A DNA stretch of 64,000 nt from Candidatus Methanomethylophilaceae archaeon (GCA_050950505.1 JBMNHS010000001.1:32001-96000); one strand, 5' to 3'; shown: positions 9,490 through 19,939, counted from the stretch's first letter. Notes: a model not told the origin generated them from the letters alone. Program-made: numbers and translations.

Positions 9490-10599
9490 TCATACTTTAG
9501 TATTTTTTAAGATTGAGACACCCTCGGCAAGACCTTCAACAATCCCTCCGAGAATATATCCTGCCCCCTTGATTTTAAATGGGCGTTTATTATATATCGG
9601 AGACTGAACATTTATATCTGTTTGTCCTGAAACTGATTTGCAAATCTTTATTTTCAAAGTATTGGCTATATCTTTGGACACTTCATCCATCATGGATTGT
9701 GCATCCAACTCGATTTCCCCCGTCAATCTTTCAAAAATAAGATCGGCGGAAACAGCAAATTGGGTCATATTTGCGACATCGCGGTTATCGGTCAATCCGT
9801 CAAGAATTTCATCCAATCCGATGTTGTCATTTTTATCGGAACCGAAACATCCGGATATGTATCCGATCAGCATATCTTTGGAAATTCCCGCTTCGGCCAG
9901 AATATCCAGATAATTTCCGTGGGCATTGTCTCCGCGTTTTATCAGCGAGTCTCTCACATGGAACTTTACGGCTCTCGCCATGGCGATGCCCAACGGAGTT
10001 CCGGTGCCGGAATACGGCTCCCTTTCTTCCCCCGCGGGGGATATGATTGCCATTGAATCGGAAGTGGTCCCCGTTTCTTTGTAACCGAAAGATGCCAATG
10101 CCGCAGATTTGGCTTCGGTTATGGCTATCATGATGTTCACTTTTGCAGCCTGGGTCAAAGGCACCGGCGATACGCCGATGATATTTATCGTCCCTGCCAG
10201 AGCCGCACTTCTTCTTTGGGAAAGTTTCGATCTTCTTTCCCAGTCTTCAAGAACGTCGCCTGCGACTACCTGGTTGCTGAGTCCCGCGGTCACCGCGGCG
10301 AACACTTCGATATCCTCGAATTTTTCCGTTCCGTGGCTAAAAACATGTTTGACTTCCGCCGCGGTCATGAGACCGACGGAAGTGTCCGGAAGTCCCATGG
10401 CTTTGCAGGCCTGTCCGGCGTAGGAGAACGGATCGTCATGCATGAAATTCTTCGGAACCTGCATTACGAAGACCGTGTCCGTGCGTCTGTCTCCGCCGTT
10501 GAATATGGCCGAGCTCAGTATTTCCATTTCCTCACCGAGTCTGATGACCGCAACATCATACCCCTCATAAGTCAGAATTTCGCATTTCGGTATTTTCAT
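9490..10599 (-). CDS. cbiZ: adenosylcobinamide amidohydrolase with C-terminal CobZ-like remnant (CbiS-like)
   Basis: LSSA.FNGG, GLMTAA, TAGLSN, GTINI, TEAK, TGTTSDS; start placed after a GGAGG SD with an ATGA overlap. Confidence 0.88.
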   Translation of the reverse strand: MKIPKCEILTYEGYDVAVIRLGEEMEILSSAIFNGGDRRTDTVFVMQVPKNFMHDDPFSYAGQACKAMGLPDTSVGLMTAAEVKHVFSHGTEKFEDIEVFAAVTAGLSNQVVAGDVLEDWERRSKLSQRRSAALAGTINIIGVSPVPLTQAAKVNIMIAITEAKSAALASFGYKETGTTSDSMAIISPAGEEREPYSGTGTPLGIAMARAVKFHVRDSLIKRGDNAHGNYLDILAEAGISKDMLIGYISGCFGSDKNDNIGLDEILDGLTDNRDVANMTQFAVSADLIFERLTGEIELDAQSMMDEVSKDIANTLKIKICKSVSGQTDINVQSPIYNKRPFKIKGAGYILGGIVEGLAEGVSILKNTKV

Positions 10600-11618
10600 T
10601 TCAGAACCTCCGCAATCCATTCGATTCCTTTTACGAATAGGTCTTCAAAATATATCTGTACGTGAACCCCGAGGAAGACAAACAACGGCACCGTTACAAG
10701 AATCATGAACAGCACGGATGAAAATTCCACCAGTCTGAGACATCTTCTGATATCTCCGCAGCCCGGGAACCGGGCCTCTTTGTTTATCGTGTATGAATTT
10801 TCTTTGTCCATTTTTATACCCAGTGCTCCGGCGGCGGCGGCCATCGGATATCCGCTGTTCGGACTTGCCGTGACTTTGTTGTCTTCTTTGGTGATTTTCC
10901 ACGAATTCCGCCAATCCATACCCAGAATCGCGGAACCCAGAACAAGGAACAACGCGGATATGCGGGAAGTCAGGAATCCCAATATGTCATCCAGTATTGC
11001 AGGGAATTTTCCCAATTTTTCATATTTTTCGTTCCTGTATCCCCACATGGCATCCATGAGGTTGGCACACCTGTATATGAAAGCCCCCGGAATACCCAGC
11101 AGCCCCATGAAAAACGTCGGGGTGCAGACACTGTCGGCGTAATTCTCCGATATCGTTTCGCAACATGAAGACGCTATGTGCGCCTCGTCCATGCCTTCGG
11201 TGTTCCGACTTACGATCATCCGAACTTTGTCCGCGGCATCAACGGTGTTTCCGTTTTCAAGATCGGAACAGACAGGTTCGCAGTGTTTGTTGAAAGAGAA
11301 TATCGCAAAAGTCAATTTCAGTATGAATGCCGAAGATATTGTCCAGAGGATTTTTCCGTAAGGATCCGGAACGTATGTTCTCAGTACCGCGGTCATTGCA
11401 ATCGCGATGCCTCCGAACAAAATTAAAATGAACAGATAGGATAGGAAACCCAGAACCGTTGCGTAATTCCCGTCGCGCTTTTTCAGACGTTTGTCTATCC
11501 CTCCGAGTATGTTTCCCATCCATCTCAGGGGATGGTACCTGTTCGGAAATTCGCCTATGAACCTGTCAATAAGTATAGCCAGTATCACAATCAGAATCGC
11601 TTCCGACCACAGAGGCAT
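10596..11618 (-). CDS. cbiB: adenosylcobinamide-phosphate synthase
   Basis: GE.PNRYHPL.WMG, IVSR, ETISENYAD, YRCANLMDAMWGY, SPNSGYP. Confidence 0.93.
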   Translation of the reverse strand: MPLWSEAILIVILAILIDRFIGEFPNRYHPLRWMGNILGGIDKRLKKRDGNYATVLGFLSYLFILILFGGIAIAMTAVLRTYVPDPYGKILWTISSAFILKLTFAIFSFNKHCEPVCSDLENGNTVDAADKVRMIVSRNTEGMDEAHIASSCCETISENYADSVCTPTFFMGLLGIPGAFIYRCANLMDAMWGYRNEKYEKLGKFPAILDDILGFLTSRISALFLVLGSAILGMDWRNSWKITKEDNKVTASPNSGYPMAAAAGALGIKMDKENSYTINKEARFPGCGDIRRCLRLVEFSSVLFMILVTVPLFVFLGVHVQIYFEDLFVKGIEWIAEVLK

Positions 11619-11622
11619 GATA

Positions 11623-12741
11623 TTACCTCAGTGATCTCACGACGGATTCCGCCGCATCTATGAATTTTTTGTTGCGTTCACGGTCTTTGACGCTGTACCT
11701 GACATAGTTGTCATAAGGTTCGCCGAAAGATGCGCAGTCTCTGAGGGCAATGCCTTCTTTCTGCATCTTCAGGTTCACTTCGGAAGCTTTCATACCGAGA
11801 TGTTCCACAGGTCTGAAATAAAAGAAAGAATCGGAAACGTCGCCATGGGTAAAACCCACTTCCGACAGTCTTTTGTTCATGTATACGGATTCATTTGCCA
11901 TCATTTCCGCGGCATCATGAACATGATTCATACGTTCTTCGAGAAGAACCGTGGCTATGCTCTGTTCGGCATATCCCACGTTCCAGGTCATTCTTACCTT
12001 TTCCATTTGTGCAATCGTGTCGGGGTGACCGAATCCGAATCCTATTCTTATCCCCGGGATCGCAAAAGATTTTGTCAAAGACCCGGCAACCACCAGGTTC
12101 GGGAACCTGTCGACGTATTCCACACATGTGACGTCCCTGTACCCCGGAACCAATTCCAACAGTGTTTCGTCCAGAAACACCAAGACGCCGCTGTCCAGGC
12201 ATTCTTTGACGATTGAAAGTATTTTGTCTCTGGGTTCCACCCGGCCGGTGGGATTGTTCGGATTGCAGATGTACAGCGCCTTCGCCCCGACGATGTGTTC
12301 GGATACGTCTTCGGCATCCAATCTCAGATTGTTTTCAACCGACAGTTCCATATTTCTGACCGTTGCTCCGGCAATCCTGCATTGATGGGCATATTCGGCA
12401 AAAGAAGGTCTGGGTATCACCGCAACCTCGCCTTGTGCCAGAAAAGTATTCGGGAAATTCCTGATTATGTCGGAAGAACCCGCACCGACGGTTATGTTGT
12501 CGTGATTGACTCCGTAAACTTTGGAAATAGCGTCTTTGAGCACAGAACATGAATCGTCGGGATAGTGATCTATTTCAAATCCTGCCTCGGCCAATAATTC
12601 CGATATGTCGTCAGGCGGACCGAAAGGGTTCAGGTTGTGACTGTAGTCTTCCACGTCCTTCAGCATCCACCCCTGTCCTCCGTGCACGGTCTTCGGCAAT
12701 TCCGTCAATTCTTTGCGGACGGCCTCATCTGGGCTAAACAT
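11623..12741 (-). CDS. cobD: L-threonine-O-3-phosphate decarboxylase (PLP class I/II)
   Basis: HGG, DYSHNLNP.GPP, YPD, CNPNNPTG, SLTKSFAIPGIRIG; first gene of the cob operon. Confidence 0.85.
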   Translation of the reverse strand: MFSPDEAVRKELTELPKTVHGGQGWMLKDVEDYSHNLNPFGPPDDISELLAEAGFEIDHYPDDSCSVLKDAISKVYGVNHDNITVGAGSSDIIRNFPNTFLAQGEVAVIPRPSFAEYAHQCRIAGATVRNMELSVENNLRLDAEDVSEHIVGAKALYICNPNNPTGRVEPRDKILSIVKECLDSGVLVFLDETLLELVPGYRDVTCVEYVDRFPNLVVAGSLTKSFAIPGIRIGFGFGHPDTIAQMEKVRMTWNVGYAEQSIATVLLEERMNHVHDAAEMMANESVYMNKRLSEVGFTHGDVSDSFFYFRPVEHLGMKASEVNLKMQKEGIALRDCASFGEPYDNYVRYSVKDRERNKKFIDAAESVVRSLR

Positions 12742-12774
12742 CGGAAGGATATTACAAGAGTTCGATATAAGGAT

Positions 12775-12791
12775 ATGGATGATTCATCCCT
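12775..12791. promoter_or_regulatory. candidate operator, TTGGATG-N3-CATCCAA type (ATGGATGATTCATCCCT)
   Basis: 11/14 match to the consensus; immediately upstream of the minus-strand TATA (12765-12770) of cobD. Confidence 0.45.
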
Positions 12792-12850
12792 CCATGCTCC
12801 GTCAAGCCATAGATAAGAATTCATAACCCTTAATCCATAACCCCGGATTG

Positions 12851-13816
12851 ATGAGTGATATAATCGAGGTCAGAGACCTCACGAGGAAGTTTTCGGTCCG
12901 CCGCAGTCCGGACAAAATAGCGGTGGACGGAATATCTTTCGATGTGAAAGAAGGAGAGATATTCGGACTCCTCGGGCCCAACGGAGCGGGTAAAACCACT
13001 ACGATAAAAATGCTTTCGACCCTGCTGTATCCTTCTTCGGGTTCCGCCAAAGTATTGGGTTATGACATTACCGACGAACGCACCGTCATGGATCTGAGAC
13101 GGAGAATCAATGTTGTCAGCGGCGGAGAAAGAGGATTGTACTACCGATTGACCGCCAGACAGAATTTGAAATTCTTTTCGGATCTTTACGGCATACCGAA
13201 AAATGAACGGGACATCCGATGCGACGAGTTGCTGGAATTGGTGGGGCTGACCCGGGCTTCCGACATAAGAGTGGAGGATTTTTCACGGGGCATGAAACAG
13301 AGACTTCACATAGCCAGAGCTTTGGTCAACGATCCCGAGGTTCTGTATCTGGACGAACCGACCATAGGATTGGATCCCGAAATTTCAAGAAGCATCCGGG
13401 ACATGATCAGAAAATTATCCGATTCGGGGAAAACAATCATTCTCACCACCCATTACATGTATGAAGCCGAAGAGCTCTGCGACAGAATGGTCATATTGTC
13501 CCAAGGCAAAGTGGTGGGCCGCGGAACCGTCGGGAAAATCAAAGACATGGTTTCCGACACTTCCGTGGTTCATATCCTCACCGACAAAGACCCCGCGGAA
13601 GCATTGAAAACACTTGAATCGGATTCGGATATCACCGGAATCATGACCTGTATGGTCGGAGGACGTTACGATACGAGATTCTCCTGTGTTTCCGGGACGC
13701 CGGATCCTCATGCCCACGAAGAAGCGTTCCGTCCTTTCGGAATCAGAACCATAGGGTTGGACGAACCCACTCTTGAAGACGCATACATACGGTTGACGGG
13801 CGGAGAACGGGAATGA
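12851..13816 (+). CDS. ABC-2 type exporter ATP-binding protein
   Basis: GPNGAGKTT, FSRGMKQR, LDEPT, TTH. Confidence 0.92.
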   Translation: MSDIIEVRDLTRKFSVRRSPDKIAVDGISFDVKEGEIFGLLGPNGAGKTTTIKMLSTLLYPSSGSAKVLGYDITDERTVMDLRRRINVVSGGERGLYYRLTARQNLKFFSDLYGIPKNERDIRCDELLELVGLTRASDIRVEDFSRGMKQRLHIARALVNDPEVLYLDEPTIGLDPEISRSIRDMIRKLSDSGKTIILTTHYMYEAEELCDRMVILSQGKVVGRGTVGKIKDMVSDTSVVHILTDKDPAEALKTLESDSDITGIMTCMVGGRYDTRFSCVSGTPDPHAHEEAFRPFGIRTIGLDEPTLEDAYIRLTGGERE

Positions 13817-14607
13817 ACGCCAGAGCCGTCACCGCAGGATTCAAACAGCAGGCGATTCAGTTCTTCGCGGATCCCCAGTGGATAATTCCCAGTCTGATTT
13901 CCCCTTTTCTGATGACCATGGTCATGATTTTCATCAGTTCCGGCGGTACGGCCATTGAAGGTCCCGTTGTTTTGCAGGCGGTTCTCGGCGGAGGGGTTCT
14001 GGGTATGTGGGCAAGTTCTTTGTTCTCCTCCAGTTCCAGCGTTTCTTTTGACAGGATCAACGGCACTTTCGAACCCATGCTGGGTTCCGGCACAAGAATC
14101 ATTTACGTCCTGGCCGGAAGATCTCTGTGGAGCACTCTCATAGGGTTGATGAATGCCTTCATAGTCTTCGCCATCGCCGAACTCATGTTCGGCACCGGAC
14201 TGAGTCTTGACCGGCCGTTCCTGTTCTTCCTGACCGTTTTGATGACCATGCTTTCGCTGTCCACGGTGGGGCTTCTTATCTCATCATTGTTCGTACTCAC
14301 CAGAAAAGGCGGCACGATAGCCACCGTATTGGAATATCCTTTGTATGTGTTCAGCGGTGCGCTGATTCCCATTTCCCTGCTTCCGGGTTGGATGCATCCC
14401 ATCTCTTACGTTCTGGGACCTTCCTGGGGGGTTGATGCGATGAAGTATGCCGCCCTTCCCGTGCACGAAGGATTGATGGGTATGAGCATCGTCGCCGATA
14501 TCGCAATCTGCATGCTTTTATCAATCGTAATGATTGTGATATCTTATTTTGTGATGCTGTACGTCGAACGCAAGGTTCTGGAATACGGAACCGCAACGAG
14601 GTATTGA
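13813..14607 (+). CDS. ABC-2 type permease
   Basis: about six TM segments, FSGALIP...LPGW motif. Confidence 0.85.
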   Translation: MNARAVTAGFKQQAIQFFADPQWIIPSLISPFLMTMVMIFISSGGTAIEGPVVLQAVLGGGVLGMWASSLFSSSSSVSFDRINGTFEPMLGSGTRIIYVLAGRSLWSTLIGLMNAFIVFAIAELMFGTGLSLDRPFLFFLTVLMTMLSLSTVGLLISSLFVLTRKGGTIATVLEYPLYVFSGALIPISLLPGWMHPISYVLGPSWGVDAMKYAALPVHEGLMGMSIVADIAICMLLSIVMIVISYFVMLYVERKVLEYGTATRY

Positions 14608-14608
14608 G

Positions 14609-15403
14609 ATGAGCGGCCCTCTGACCATAGTGGCAAGTGCCGCCAAGATGGACTTCCGATCCAAATTCGCCGTTGTCGGTCCTTTGATGAGACTGGCCGT
14701 GATAATGCTCACAAATCTGTTCAGCATGTACTTTTTCTTCCTGCTGGCATCCTATATCGGAAAATCCGATGTCACGCCGGATTACGTCATAATCGGAAAC
14801 ATGATTCAGAGCATAGCCACTTCCACACTGTATTCCACTTCCAACATATCCAACATGGAAAAACACACAGGTACGTTGGAACCGTTGCTGACCGCACCTT
14901 CCAGAATGTTTTACACCTTCTTCGGAAAATCAATCTTCGGGATACTGAACGGCATCGTCTCGGTCACGGTTTCGATATCTTTCGCCGCATTCGTCTTCGG
15001 CGTTGATTTCAGTTCCGCCAATCTTTCCGTGATTGCGGTCATAGGTCTGCTGACCTGTCTGTCCCTTACGGGAATGGGCATGGCCGTGGGAAGCGTGGGG
15101 CTGTATCTTAGAACATCCTCGATCATCGCAAGTCTGTTCAGTTACATCGGACTGTTGGTCTGCGGAGTGAACTTCCCCGTGTCTTACCTTCCGGGATGGC
15201 TGCAGATATTCTCTTACGCCATGCCCCTGACCTATGCCGTCGACGCAACAAGGATGGCGGTGGGCGGCGCGACGCTGTCCGCCGTCTCACAGCCTCTGAT
15301 GATCATGATCGTGCTGGGTCTGGTGTATCTGATAATTTCTTGGTTCATATTCAATCTGTTTGAAAAGATATCAAGGAAAACAGGAAAAATCGGGTCTTTC
15401 TGA
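14609..15403 (+). CDS. ABC-2 type permease
   Basis: EK.TGTLE.LLTAP, GVNFPVSYLPGW, PLTYAVDA. Confidence 0.85.
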   Translation: MSGPLTIVASAAKMDFRSKFAVVGPLMRLAVIMLTNLFSMYFFFLLASYIGKSDVTPDYVIIGNMIQSIATSTLYSTSNISNMEKHTGTLEPLLTAPSRMFYTFFGKSIFGILNGIVSVTVSISFAAFVFGVDFSSANLSVIAVIGLLTCLSLTGMGMAVGSVGLYLRTSSIIASLFSYIGLLVCGVNFPVSYLPGWLQIFSYAMPLTYAVDATRMAVGGATLSAVSQPLMIMIVLGLVYLIISWFIFNLFEKISRKTGKIGSF

Positions 15404-15439
15404 ATAGAATTAATAAGAGCTGACGTCTTCGGCGGTTTC

Positions 15440-15931
15440 ATGACAATACTTTCAGACATGGACATAGCTCACGGAATGAGCACGGGATATCTCGGAATCA
15501 ACAATTACTCGGAAAAAAGTCTTACCCCCAACGGATACGACCTGAGAATAGCCGAGATTTCCGTGCGCGGAGATTCCGAACTCAAGACCGAAGGGACGGT
15601 CACGGTTCCTCCCCGCACGATGTTTTATGTTTCAACCGTGGAAAGGGTCCGGCTTCCGTGCGATCTCTGCGCTCAGCTTTGGCTGAGAACCACTTGGATA
15701 AGGAAAGGCATCATCGGAGCATTCGGCAAGATTGACGCGGGATTCGAGGGCACCCTTACTTTGGGAGCCTACAACGCAACCGACGAACCCATCGAACTTC
15801 CCATCGGGGAACGTTTCTGTCAGATGGTGTTTGAAACTCTGACGTCGGTTTCCGGAAAGAATTACGCCGCGAGAAGCGGAAACTACCAGGGACAGACCGG
15901 GGTCACTTTGGAACCTCTGAAGAAGAATTAA
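15440..15931 (+). CDS. dcd: dCTP deaminase (dUTPase superfamily)
   Basis: PNGYDLR, RTTWIRKG, IDAGFEGTLTL, GERFCQ, YQGQTGVT. Confidence 0.88.
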   Translation: MTILSDMDIAHGMSTGYLGINNYSEKSLTPNGYDLRIAEISVRGDSELKTEGTVTVPPRTMFYVSTVERVRLPCDLCAQLWLRTTWIRKGIIGAFGKIDAGFEGTLTLGAYNATDEPIELPIGERFCQMVFETLTSVSGKNYAARSGNYQGQTGVTLEPLKKN

Positions 15932-16929
15932 TTCTTCATTATATCGAAAACGTAAACGCTCATGGTGGGCGAATAAGTTTTCAGTTCCGAAGTACGGACA
16001 ATGGATATGTCATAGCCTCCGGCTTTGGCTTTTTCGGTGATGTTTGAAACGAAGTTGTTCAAATCCGTCCGCTCAAGGACTCTGTGAAGATGGATTGTCG
16101 CGCCGGATTTCGCGGATTTCAAAGCGGAATCAAGGAACTCTTCCGAAGATTGGGGGAGATTCATGATTATCCTGTCGGCGGGGGGAAGGTCTTTGATGAC
16201 TTCCCGTGCGTCGCCTATTATCGGAACGATGCATTCCGCATCGTTCAGTTCGATGTTCTTTTTCATAAACCGTTCGGCTTCGGGGTTCAGATCTATGGCG
16301 TAAACGATTTTTGGGAATGCGAGCTTTGATATGACCACGGGAAAAGGCGCCACCCCCGAAAACATGTCTATGACAGTTTCTCCTTTTTTCACTTCGAGAG
16401 CCGTTCTCGCCCGTTCCCCCGCCAAACGGGGATTGAAATAAACCAGGGAAGGATCGGTGGCTATCTTCGTGCCGAATTCTTTATGAACGGTTTCCGAAGT
16501 TCCCGTCCCGGCTATCTTTTCCAGTTCGCGGATTCTGAATTCTCCTTTGACTCCGTCGTCCAGCATCACGGCGCGGATGTTCGGAGAAGCTTCGATCATC
16601 GCCTCGCCGATGCGTTCTTTGTACGGCAAAAGGATATCTGTGAGTTTTATCAGCGCAATGTCGCCTATTATATCATAAGAGTTGGGCAGTTCTTCGGCCA
16701 ACCAATCGGGGAAATCCAGAACTTCTTTGTAATCCGCCGGGCGGATTACCTGTTCCTCCCCTTCGAATTCTTCGGTTCCGTATCCTTCGAAGGAATCGCA
16801 CAGAACGGGCATTATGAGGAAATCTCCGTCTGCGCGTATTTTGTACCGTCTGTCCAAAAGGTCCGCGTCAATGAGGCGGGCCCGGACGGATTCTCCCTCT
16901 TTCTTAGGAATCCGGATGCAGCGTGGCAT
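15928..16929 (-). CDS. trm5: Trm5/Met-10+ family tRNA methyltransferase
   Basis: YDIIGDI, GEFR.R, HKEFG, YFNPRL, DMFSGVAPF, MNLP; start uncertain (16929-16944). Confidence 0.85.
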   Translation of the reverse strand: MPRCIRIPKKEGESVRARLIDADLLDRRYKIRADGDFLIMPVLCDSFEGYGTEEFEGEEQVIRPADYKEVLDFPDWLAEELPNSYDIIGDIALIKLTDILLPYKERIGEAMIEASPNIRAVMLDDGVKGEFRIRELEKIAGTGTSETVHKEFGTKIATDPSLVYFNPRLAGERARTALEVKKGETVIDMFSGVAPFPVVISKLAFPKIVYAIDLNPEAERFMKKNIELNDAECIVPIIGDAREVIKDLPPADRIIMNLPQSSEEFLDSALKSAKSGATIHLHRVLERTDLNNFVSNITEKAKAGGYDISIVRTSELKTYSPTMSVYVFDIMKN

Positions 16930-17728
16930 ATTCATCGTCTTCAATGATCTCCTCGGGAGCTCCGGTGAAACGGACCAACGCGTAGGACTCCATAAAGTGC
17001 AGGTTGCCCGGCAGCACCAAAGTGCTCAGCGGAGATCCCACATCCCTTTCGAGAAGATCTCTCGGATAACCGGTAACGATTTTTTCATCGGGAGAACCGA
17101 GTTTGGAAGCCACGCATACAACAGTCTTTTCGTCAATCAGGCCTTCGCCCCATTCTTCTTCGCTGTCCAACAGCCATTCGATCGCTTCGTGGGCGGTCAT
17201 GTAGATTCCTTCGGGTTCTCTGATGTCCAGAAGAAGCATGGTGTGCAGTCCCCGTTTCTTGTTTTCAAGTATGTGGTCGTAAGGGGATTTGGGACGGTAT
17301 CCTCTTTCGTACAGCGGCAAAGTCACGGTGCGTCCGAATTTATACGGTTGGAGGCCCAAAGCCGCGGGACATGCCACGAACACGGAAACCCCATAGTATA
17401 TTTTTACGGGTATGTTTTCTTCGTAAGCCTGAATGCGGAGATCGACATGGGTGGTTGCCATCATCGTGTCTCCGGCAGTGACGAAGCCTACCTTCATCTT
17501 CTTGGCATCCTCTATTATTTCAAACTCTTCCTCGACCTGCGCCCGCTGAAGAAGTTCGATGGGCTTTCCGATGAGACTTTCTAACTCGCTCATATCGGCA
17601 CCGATCAATTTGGATGTGTAAAATTCAGCGTATATTTTGTCGCATTCCTTCAAGGCTTTCAACGCTTCAATGGTCATTCCGTCCGTGCCGCTCATTCCGA
17701 GTCCGACGAACACCAATTCAGAGGTCAT
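16904..17728 (-). CDS. dph5: diphthine synthase
   Basis: FVGLG, EFYTS, GD.M.ATTH, GLQPYKFG.TVT, GLHT.LLLD, LHFME. Confidence 0.93.
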   Translation of the reverse strand: MTSELVFVGLGMSGTDGMTIEALKALKECDKIYAEFYTSKLIGADMSELESLIGKPIELLQRAQVEEEFEIIEDAKKMKVGFVTAGDTMMATTHVDLRIQAYEENIPVKIYYGVSVFVACPAALGLQPYKFGRTVTLPLYERGYRPKSPYDHILENKKRGLHTMLLLDIREPEGIYMTAHEAIEWLLDSEEEWGEGLIDEKTVVCVASKLGSPDEKIVTGYPRDLLERDVGSPLSTLVLPGNLHFMESYALVRFTGAPEEIIEDDEYATLHPDS

Positions 17729-18010
17729 GAAATCCGGAGTACGCTTGTCTGATTAAAGGATTCCTAATTTCTTTCCGGCGGGATTCACAATTCACAATCG
17801 GAGTGATGTTTGTTTGTTCTGATGTTTCTGAGTTCAGTATACCTTTGTCGCCATTTGTTGGACATAATATATTTATATGACTTATTGAAAAAACCCATAT
17901 TCGATTCCATTAATCTACAAAATTAATACTATAATAATTGTAAAAACTCTAAAATTTAATTTCTTTATATATTAATCAACCAAAAAAATAGTAAATGAAC
18001 TTAAATTACT

Positions 18011-18027
18011 ATGGACATAGCATCCAA
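18011..18027. promoter_or_regulatory. candidate operator, TTGGATG-N3-CATCCAA type (ATGGACATAGCATCCAA)
   Basis: 11/14 match; 13 bp upstream of TATA TTTATATG (18041-18048) of the corrinoid-protein operon. Confidence 0.5.
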
Positions 18028-18098
18028 CCTCGAATTGTTATTTATATGCTGTAGAAAAATATAACATTCAGCTCTGAAAAAGAGCAGGAGTGAAAAAA

Positions 18099-18740
18099 AT
18101 GTCTAAGGAAGAAATACTGAATGATTTGAGTGATTCAGTAATAAATTACAAGCTAGACCTTGCAAAGTCTTCCGCGCAAGCCGCTCTGGACGCCGGTATC
18201 GATCCCGTATTGGCAATCAATGAAGGATTGGTAAGAGGAATGGGTGTCGTAGGCGACAACTACGAAGCGCGCAAAGTCTATCTTCCGCAGGTATTGGTTT
18301 CAGCCAATTGCATGTATGCAGGATTGGATATTCTGATTCCGGCCATACCTGTGGAAAGTATGAAAGATAGCAAAAAATGCGCCACGGCAGTGGTGGAAGG
18401 GGATGTTCACGATATCGGAAAGAACATCGTCAAGACCATGCTGACCGCCGGCGGATACGTGGTAACCGATTACGGAAAAGATGTTCCTCCGGAGACTATT
18501 GTCGAATCTGCGGAAAAGGAAGGCATCGAGTGTGTTTGCCTCAGCACTCTGATGACACCTACGATGGACAATATGAAGAAAACCCTGGATATCCTGAAAG
18601 AAACCGGTTACCGTTCGAAATGTTTTGTCACCATCGGAGGGCCCCCTACATCTCCCGACTTTGCGAAAGAGATAGGCGCGGATCACAGAGATACGAACGC
18701 CCAAAACTGTGTAAGATGGCTTAAGGAGGCCTGGGAATGA
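18099..18740 (+). CDS. methyltransferase-cognate corrinoid protein (MtaC/MtbC/MtsB family)
   Basis: GM..VG..YE...YLPQV cap domain, EGDVHDIGKN (DxHxxG), STLMT, IGG; SD GGAGTG. Confidence 0.93.
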   Translation: MSKEEILNDLSDSVINYKLDLAKSSAQAALDAGIDPVLAINEGLVRGMGVVGDNYEARKVYLPQVLVSANCMYAGLDILIPAIPVESMKDSKKCATAVVEGDVHDIGKNIVKTMLTAGGYVVTDYGKDVPPETIVESAEKEGIECVCLSTLMTPTMDNMKKTLDILKETGYRSKCFVTIGGPPTSPDFAKEIGADHRDTNAQNCVRWLKEAWE

Positions 18741-19828
18741 AAGAAATGACGCATACCGAAAGGGTAACTGCGTCCCTGAACAATGAAAAGGTAGACAGAC
18801 TCCCGGCCTATCCCATAGCATGCGGAGTTCTAAGAAAGTTCCTGGGAAACGGGGATATCACTTACAAAGAGTGGTGCGACAGTCCGGAATACTTTGCAAA
18901 ATCATTCTTGTTGGGCCAAAAAAAGTTCGGATTCGATCTTGCCATCGGCCTTATGGATCTGTCGGTTATGGCCGGCGATTTGGGTGCCGGAGTAAGAATG
19001 GATGAAGAGAACACACCCTTTGTGGAAGAACCCATCGTTCACAGTTTGGAAGACTATGAAAAGTTGGAAGTTCCCGACATAAAGAAGGGAAGGACCGGCG
19101 TATTGGTTGAGGGCACCAAACTCATCGCGGATTATCTTAACGGAGAAGTCGTAACGTCTGCTTTCCTGGAGGGGCCCTTGTTGGCACTCAGTCAGACCGC
19201 CGGTGCGGAAAGGCTGTTCATGGATATGTTCACCGAACCCGCACCCGTCCACAAAGCGATGGAAGTCGTCACTCAGTTCGACTCGGAGATTATTTCCGCT
19301 TTCGGAGAAACGGGAATCGAAGCAATTTGCTGGGACTATCTCTGGGGTAATTATGCAGTTCTCGGTGACGGCGAATATGCAGAGTTTGAGGTTCCGTACG
19401 CAACCAAACTAAACAAACAGACGGTGGATGACGGGATGGCTTTGACCATTCACAACTGTGCCGACCTGCCGCATCTTGATGTCCAGGTCAAACAGTACAA
19501 GCCTGCACTGTATTCCATGGCTTACTATCCGTTGATCGAAGAAAGTCCCAGTGCTTCAAAGGTCATAGAAGATGGATATGCCGATAACTGTGTCATCGGC
19601 GGAGTCATTGAACCGCAGTTGTTCATGAGAGGAACCGTTGAAGATACCACAAAAGCCACAAAGGAACTTTGCCAGGAAGTCAAGACTGCTTTGTGCAAGC
19701 GTGGCCTGAATTCCACATACTGTATAGCCACGGGATGTGAGATTCCTCCGGATGTCAACACCAAGATGGAAAACATCACAGCCATGATGGACGCCGTCGA
19801 AAAATACGGTCGCATGGATGATGTGTGA
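18737..19828 (+). CDS. MtaA/CmuA family methylcobamide methyltransferase (UroD fold)
   Basis: MTH.ERV, VDRLP, GPL, HNC and TGCEIP zinc ligands, ENI.AM. Confidence 0.88.
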   Translation: MKEMTHTERVTASLNNEKVDRLPAYPIACGVLRKFLGNGDITYKEWCDSPEYFAKSFLLGQKKFGFDLAIGLMDLSVMAGDLGAGVRMDEENTPFVEEPIVHSLEDYEKLEVPDIKKGRTGVLVEGTKLIADYLNGEVVTSAFLEGPLLALSQTAGAERLFMDMFTEPAPVHKAMEVVTQFDSEIISAFGETGIEAICWDYLWGNYAVLGDGEYAEFEVPYATKLNKQTVDDGMALTIHNCADLPHLDVQVKQYKPALYSMAYYPLIEESPSASKVIEDGYADNCVIGGVIEPQLFMRGTVEDTTKATKELCQEVKTALCKRGLNSTYCIATGCEIPPDVNTKMENITAMMDAVEKYGRMDDV

Positions 19829-19868
19829 ATCGGGTCTTGATAAATAAAAAACCTGCTAAACTATTTTG

Positions 19869-19914
19869 ACCCGTGTGACGCGGCGGATTCGCTCACCGCC
19901 CGCGTCCGACGGGT
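19869..19914 (+). other. strong intercistronic GC-rich hairpin
   Basis: ACCCGT..GACGCG.GCGG / CCGC.CGCGTC..ACGGGT pairing. Confidence 0.6.
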
Positions 19915-19939
19915 ATCTATAATATTGGGAGTGTCAAAA

